Position numbers and translations under genes: made by a program. DNA of 64,000 nt from Angelakisella sp. GTDB taxonomy: Bacteria; Bacillota; Clostridia; Oscillospirales; Ruminococcaceae. Positions 59,978 to 64,000 of this stretch are shown piece after piece (position 1 is the stretch's first letter; each line of letters opens with the position of its first letter). The notes beneath the pieces were generated by a model. That model was not told where the DNA came from and searched no databases. It worked only from the letters and a program-made list of their open reading frames with translations. The stretch lies in assembly GCA_020025195.1 (NCBI GenBank), contig JAHHSN010000004.1, positions 21,182 through 85,181 of the forward strand. Reading direction: 5' to 3'.

Positions 59978-61108
59978 ATGTATACACTGAAACTGAAGGA
60001 GGGCAATGCCCGCCGCGGTGTCTTTGAGACCGTTCACGGCACGGTGGAGACCCCTGCCTTTATGAATGTTGCAACGGCCGCCGCCATCAAGGGTGGCGTC
60101 TCCGCCTATGACCTCATGGATCTCAAGTGTCAGGTGATGCTCTGCAATACCTACCATCTGCATCTCCGCCCCGGCGACAACGTGGTGGAGCGGCTGGGCG
60201 GTCTGCACCGCTTTACCGGCTGGAACAAGCCCATCCTCACCGACAGCGGCGGGTTTCAGGTTTTTTCGCTTGCCTCGCTTCGGCATATTGAGGAAAAGGG
60301 CGTGACTTTTGCCTCCCACATTGACGGTCACCGCATCTTTATGGGACCGGAGGAGAGTATGCAGATCCAGTCCCACCTCGGCTCCACTATGGCGATGGCG
60401 TTTGACGAGTGCATTGAAAATCCCTCTCCCAGAGACTATGTGCAGAAGTCTGTCAACCGCACCACCCGCTGGCTGGAGCGCTGCCAAAGGGAGATGGCGC
60501 GCCTCAATGCCTCGGGAGACGCGGTCAATCCTCACCAGCTGCTCTTTGGCATCAATCAGGGCGGTACCTATGACGATATCCGCCGGGAGCACATGAAAAC
60601 CATTGCCTCGATGGGCCTTGACGGCTACGCCATCGGCGGTCTGGCCGTGGGGGAGCCGGCGGAGGAGATGTACCGCATCATTGAGGAGGTAGAGCCCTTT
60701 GCGCCTGCCGATAAGATTCGCTATCTCATGGGGGTCGGCACGCCGGTCAACATTCTGGAGGCGGTCTACCGCGGCGTTGACCTTTTTGACTGCGTGATGC
60801 CCAGTCGAAACGCCCGTCACGGCCATCTCTTTACCCACAAGGGGATCATCAACATCAACAACGCGAAGTATATTTCCGATGACGCCCCGGTGGAGGAGGG
60901 GTGTGGCTGCCCGCTTTGCCGCCACCACAGCCGCGCCTATCTGCATCACCTCCTCAAGGCGGGGGAGATGCTGGGCATGAGACTGGCGGTCATGCACAAC
61001 CTCTGGTTTTACAACAGCCTCATGGAGGAGATCCGGCTGGCGCTGGATGAGGGAAGATTCACTTCTTTTTACCGCGAAAACGTTGAAATTCTCGGAAAAC
61101 GCATTTAA
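59978..61108 (+). CDS. tgt: queuine tRNA-ribosyltransferase
   Basis: TPAFMNV, DSGGFQ, GGLAVGE and the Zn site CGCPLCRHHSRAYLHHL are present. Confidence 0.96.
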   Translation: MYTLKLKEGNARRGVFETVHGTVETPAFMNVATAAAIKGGVSAYDLMDLKCQVMLCNTYHLHLRPGDNVVERLGGLHRFTGWNKPILTDSGGFQVFSLASLRHIEEKGVTFASHIDGHRIFMGPEESMQIQSHLGSTMAMAFDECIENPSPRDYVQKSVNRTTRWLERCQREMARLNASGDAVNPHQLLFGINQGGTYDDIRREHMKTIASMGLDGYAIGGLAVGEPAEEMYRIIEEVEPFAPADKIRYLMGVGTPVNILEAVYRGVDLFDCVMPSRNARHGHLFTHKGIININNAKYISDDAPVEEGCGCPLCRHHSRAYLHHLLKAGEMLGMRLAVMHNLWFYNSLMEEIRLALDEGRFTSFYRENVEILGKRI

Positions 61109-61134
61109 ATTTTTTTAAAGATCCGCGGATATGC

Positions 61135-61163
61135 TTGCAAACCAGAACAAATATTTATATAAT
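61135..61163 (+). promoter_or_regulatory. sigma-A promoter upstream of yajC
   Basis: TTGCAA, a 17-nt spacer, then TATAAT. Confidence 0.5.
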
Positions 61164-61196
61164 ATTTAATATTACAATAAAAATGGAGGAATCACT

Positions 61197-61520
61197 ATGA
61201 ATTATGCTCTGCTTCAGGCCGAAGCTGCTCCCAGCATGTGGCCTTCCCTTTTGATGATGGCTATCATCATCTTGGTTTTCTGGCTTTTCATCATTCGTCC
61301 CCAGCGGAAACGCGATAAGGAAACCGCCAAGATGCGCAGCGAGCTGCAGGTAGGCGATGAGATCATCACCATCGGCGGCATCATCGGCATCATTGTCAGC
61401 ATCAAGGAGGATACTCTCGTGATCGAGACCGGCAGCGACCGCTCCAAGGTTCGTCTCGCTCGCTGGGCCATCCAGAGCATCAACAAGGGCGGCGAAACCG
61501 CTCCTGCGCCCAAGCAGTAA
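61197..61520 (+). CDS. yajC: preprotein translocase subunit YajC
   Basis: There is one TM helix. IIRPQRKRDKE and VGDEIITIGGIIG are present. Confidence 0.9.
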   Translation: MNYALLQAEAAPSMWPSLLMMAIIILVFWLFIIRPQRKRDKETAKMRSELQVGDEIITIGGIIGIIVSIKEDTLVIETGSDRSKVRLARWAIQSINKGGETAPAPKQ

Positions 61521-61540
61521 TTTTTCATTCTAAATAAAGT

Positions 61541-61588
61541 CCCCTCACCATATGATAGTAGTACTATCAGGAAGGTGGGGGGATTTTT
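61541..61588 (+). terminator. long hairpin plus T-run after yajC that also occludes the next gene's RBS
   Basis: CCCCTCACC (61541-61549) pairs with GGTGGGGGG (61574-61582). An inner stem is GATAGT/ACTATC. ATTTTT follows, then ATG 61589. Confidence 0.55.
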
Positions 61589-62020
61589 ATGTCCAAAAAG
61601 CCGAAGAAGGGGAAGCCGGGGAGCGCGCAGCTTCCCATCGTCCGGGCGATCATCAGTGCGGGGTGGGGGCTCCTCCTGGATCTTGTTCTGCTGCTTCTTT
61701 TTTCCGCCTTCTTCTATCTGAAGGATCTCCCGCCGGAGATGAGCCGTCCCTTCGCCACCGTCATTTTGGTGCTGGGCGGGCTTTTGGGCGGCTATCTCTG
61801 CGGCAAGGCGCTGAGGCGTCAGGGACTGGTCCACGGGATTTTGGTCGGTGGGGTGCAATTTATGGTACTGCTTCTCGTTTCCCTTTCCTGTGCAGGGAGC
61901 GAGGTCATGGCGCTTGCGCTCTATAAGTGTCTTATGCTGCTCGTAAGTGGCGCGGTCGGGTGCATCCTCGGGGTCAACCGAAAAAGCCGCGCGGCAAGAG
62001 CCGCTCTTCGAAGAAGCTAA
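61589..62020 (+). CDS. TIGR04086/YrzE-like small membrane protein
   Basis: This 143-aa protein has four TM helices and a Gly-rich GGLLGGYLCG segment. Confidence 0.5.
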   Translation: MSKKPKKGKPGSAQLPIVRAIISAGWGLLLDLVLLLLFSAFFYLKDLPPEMSRPFATVILVLGGLLGGYLCGKALRRQGLVHGILVGGVQFMVLLLVSLSCAGSEVMALALYKCLMLLVSGAVGCILGVNRKSRAARAALRRS

Positions 62021-62068
62021 AGCGTGAGGACAGAGACTGAAAATATCGGAATGTAAAGGGGAACCAAT

Positions 62069-62674
62069 ATGTCAAGAACACATCACCCAAAAAGAAGATT
62101 TCCCCGCGGGCTTTCATTGGAGAGCCGCAGGGGGCCGCGGACGGAGCTTTTCCTGTTTTTCCTTGCCTTTTTCGGGGGACTTTTGGTCGGCGCGCTTTAT
62201 GCTGCGGCAAACGGAAAAGGTTCTTTTCCCTATGAGATTTTATTGAGTCAGCTTTCTCTTGTTCCGAAAAGCTCTCTCCTCACGCTCTTTAGGAGCCGGC
62301 TTCTCCTCGCTCTGGTCACCATCGGTTATCTGTTCATTGCCGGCAGCTCCCTTTGGGGCAGGACGCTTATCCCTGCGGTGCCGTTTTTTCTGGGGCTTTC
62401 GCAGGGCGTCATCGTGACCTTTCTCCTTTTGGGGCAGGGCTTTCACGCCATCGGTTTTATTCTCCTTGCGGTCGTCCTGCCAAAATCTCTTTCCATGGTG
62501 GCATTGGCCCTCCTTTCCAGAGTCGCGGCTGCCCGGAGCGATGCCTTGAAAGGCGCTTCCCGAGAGGGGGGAGAGGGGGCTGGGGTCCTGTTTCTTCTGT
62601 TCTCGCTCTCCTATCTGTTCCTTCTTTTTTTGGAACAGCTCCTCCTCAAATGCTCCATCGGGCTGCTCCTATAA
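62069..62674 (+). CDS. stage II sporulation protein M-like membrane protein
   Basis: This 201-aa protein has about 5 TM helices. The VLPKSL segment resembles the VLPQNL region of B. subtilis SpoIIM. Confidence 0.45.
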   Translation: MSRTHHPKRRFPRGLSLESRRGPRTELFLFFLAFFGGLLVGALYAAANGKGSFPYEILLSQLSLVPKSSLLTLFRSRLLLALVTIGYLFIAGSSLWGRTLIPAVPFFLGLSQGVIVTFLLLGQGFHAIGFILLAVVLPKSLSMVALALLSRVAAARSDALKGASREGGEGAGVLFLLFSLSYLFLLFLEQLLLKCSIGLLL

Positions 62675-62679
62675 AAAAC

Positions 62680-62724
62680 CAAGCGCCTCTCACCGCAGAA
62701 AGTATACTGCAGTGAGAGGCGCTT
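62680..62724. terminator. bidirectional intrinsic terminator
   Basis: AAGCGCCTCTCAC / GTGAGAGGCGCTT forms a 13-bp stem flanked by AAAAAA and TTTT. Confidence 0.75.
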
Positions 62725-62741
62725 TTGGTATGGAGGAGTTT

Positions 62742-62846
62742 TCAGAGTGTCCACGGAATGTCGTGATAGACATATAAAAACGCAATCAGAATAAATCCAA
62801 TGCCGATCAGTACGGAGATGACCGGGTGCTTCAGTTTTCGTTTCAT
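62742..62846 (-). CDS. 34-aa single-TM peptide (below the ORF-track length cutoff), translationally coupled to the GNAT gene
   Basis: Hand translation gives MKRKLKHPVISVLIGIGFILIAFLYVYHDIPWTL. The ATG lies 4 nt after the GNAT stop, and AAAGGATG spans that stop. The bidirectional terminator follows. Confidence 0.5.
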   Translation of the reverse strand: MKRKLKHPVISVLIGIGFILIAFLYVYHDIPWTL

Positions 62847-62850
62847 GGAA

Positions 62851-63636
62851 TCATCCTTTCTCGGCACCGGCTTTTTCCGGGACTTCCTCGGGCCGTTTAT
62901 AGTGGCTCAGTTCCTCGTTCAGAAGGAGCAAATGCTTTCGTCTTTCCTTTCCGTCGTGATAGATGCAGATGGCAAAGCCCAAAAGACCGCAGAGGAGCGC
63001 GGGAATCCAAAGGCTGAATTTGAAGAGGAGACCAAGGGCAATCCCTAAGGCAAAGCCGATCAGGATGCCGATCTTGGCGGAGGAGCGGATCGGTTTTTCG
63101 CAACACCACAGCTGCGGGCCGTCGGGTCTTTCGTGCTCCAGCCAGCGGGAGAAGCCCAGCTTCCGCAGCATATTGAGGCAGCGCTCATCGTCTTCATCGG
63201 CGTACGCCAGCATCATGATGACTTCCTTTTTGCTGAATGCCCATTTTCTGATAATGTCATAGGCCTCCCGCATATAGCTGTGCCCGCGGTAATTCTTATG
63301 CAAGGAGCCTTTCAGTGTCACCATGCCGGTTTGGGTTGCCGGTCCATCAAAATAGACGATGCCAATCACCCGCTTTTCCTCCAAAAGGGTGATGATCCAT
63401 AGAGTGTGGAAGGACATGAAATTAGGGTCTGCAAGCATTTTGGAATGCTGCTGCCCGATGAGCTGCAGGACTTCCTGCTTGATCGGGGCGTCATCATATA
63501 CAAGGGCAAGGGAATGATACAGCGTCTTGGGGTCGTCCCTCAGCATCAGGAGCTGATCCGGGAACAGGGGAATGAGCTTTAGACGCTTCGTTTCCAAAAA
63601 AGGCTGGGGGGATGAGGCTTGATTGTTATTTTTCAT
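62851..63636 (-). CDS. GNAT-family N-acetyltransferase with C-terminal double-TM anchor
   Basis: The acetyltransferase fold reads RLKLIPL...IGIVYF...YRGHSYMREA...MLRKLGF. It is followed by KIGILIGFALGIALGLLF and IPALLCGLLGFAICIY. Confidence 0.7.
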   Translation of the reverse strand: MKNNNQASSPQPFLETKRLKLIPLFPDQLLMLRDDPKTLYHSLALVYDDAPIKQEVLQLIGQQHSKMLADPNFMSFHTLWIITLLEEKRVIGIVYFDGPATQTGMVTLKGSLHKNYRGHSYMREAYDIIRKWAFSKKEVIMMLAYADEDDERCLNMLRKLGFSRWLEHERPDGPQLWCCEKPIRSSAKIGILIGFALGIALGLLFKFSLWIPALLCGLLGFAICIYHDGKERRKHLLLLNEELSHYKRPEEVPEKAGAEKG

Positions 63637-63918
63637 TTTGTATTCTCTCCACTTCGGCGTCCTCGGAGTTTATAAATGAAAGAAACGGTTGGACACTCCA
63701 AATATTTACTTATATTATAAACGACAGGAACGAAATGTTAAATGATAATAAGGGAATTTTGTTTCTTAGTAATAATGCTAACAAAAATTAGAAGAATATG
63801 GTGATGTTTCTACAAAATTTGTTTTATAAGCAACCATACCGCCCCTAATTTGCGCAAATAAGAAGCTCAAACTTCGTCGTATTTTACAAATAAAGACAAG
63901 AAATAAGAATAACATTTA

Positions 63919-63947
63919 TTGACAACGCCTTATTTTAACCATATTAT
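63919..63947 (+). promoter_or_regulatory. possible sigma-A promoter for the gene starting at the right window edge
   Basis: TTGACA, a 17-nt spacer, then TATTAT. Confidence 0.35.
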
Positions 63948-63977
63948 AGTGTCAAATTAAATCGCTGAAAGGAGCTG

Positions 63978-64000
63978 ATGAGAAGAACAATAGAAACTGT
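63978..64000 (+). CDS. start of an unidentified gene truncated by the window edge
   Basis: ATG lies 6 nt after AAAGGAG. Only 7 codons (MRRTIET) are visible. Confidence 0.3.

Noticed and set aside
63975-63982. CTGATGAG, the hammerhead ribozyme core sequence.
   Set aside because: The following bases (AAGAACAATAGAAAC) cannot form stem II or stem III. The sequence overlaps the RBS/start of a gene, so it is a chance occurrence.

Overview
This window is a GC-rich, tightly packed chromosomal segment from a spore-forming Firmicute. The Clostridia/Oscillospiraceae-like assignment is inferred from gene content and synteny only. Most of the window is core housekeeping. It carries DNA repair genes (uvrB, uvrA, mutS, mutL, radA, ligA, recN, xseAB) and tRNA modification genes (miaB, miaA, queA, tgt, two RluA-family synthases). 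It also carries translation genes (gatCAB, and tyrS behind a Tyr T-box leader) and division genes (sepF, divIVA). Sporulation genes include sigG, cwlD, yunB, the complete spoIIIAA-AH operon and a spoIIM-like gene. Central metabolism is represented by split transketolase, fbp, dapA, ispA and nadK. A four-gene tRNA operon (Val-Asp-Phe-Gly) lies at 24429-24743. I did not find a convincing multi-gene novel system such as a defence island, CRISPR array or prophage. Eight smaller oddities deserve a second look. (1) A low-GC cassette of about 735 bp, bracketed by 19-nt inverted repeats, carries one NTF2-like gene (4440-5174). (2) A small lower-GC islet lies directly behind tRNA-Gly. It holds an IS200-type element whose HUH motif reads H-I-Y, plus a MATE transporter fused to a cytidylate-kinase-like domain. 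(3) Two unusually long, GC-rich, ORF-poor gaps (27874-28366 and 37739-38269) could hold structured RNAs or decayed genes. (4) An orphan His-rich metal-binding ABC substrate-binding protein sits behind a 29-bp palindrome. (5) The spoIIIAA reading frame runs 203 nt into spoIIIAB. (6) A YmcA/RicA-like protein ends in a four-cysteine tail. (7) An untracked 34-aa membrane peptide is coupled to a membrane-anchored GNAT. (8) A hairpin after yajC buries the next gene's ribosome-binding site. All functional calls come from reading the translated ORFs and motifs from memory. No database search was run.
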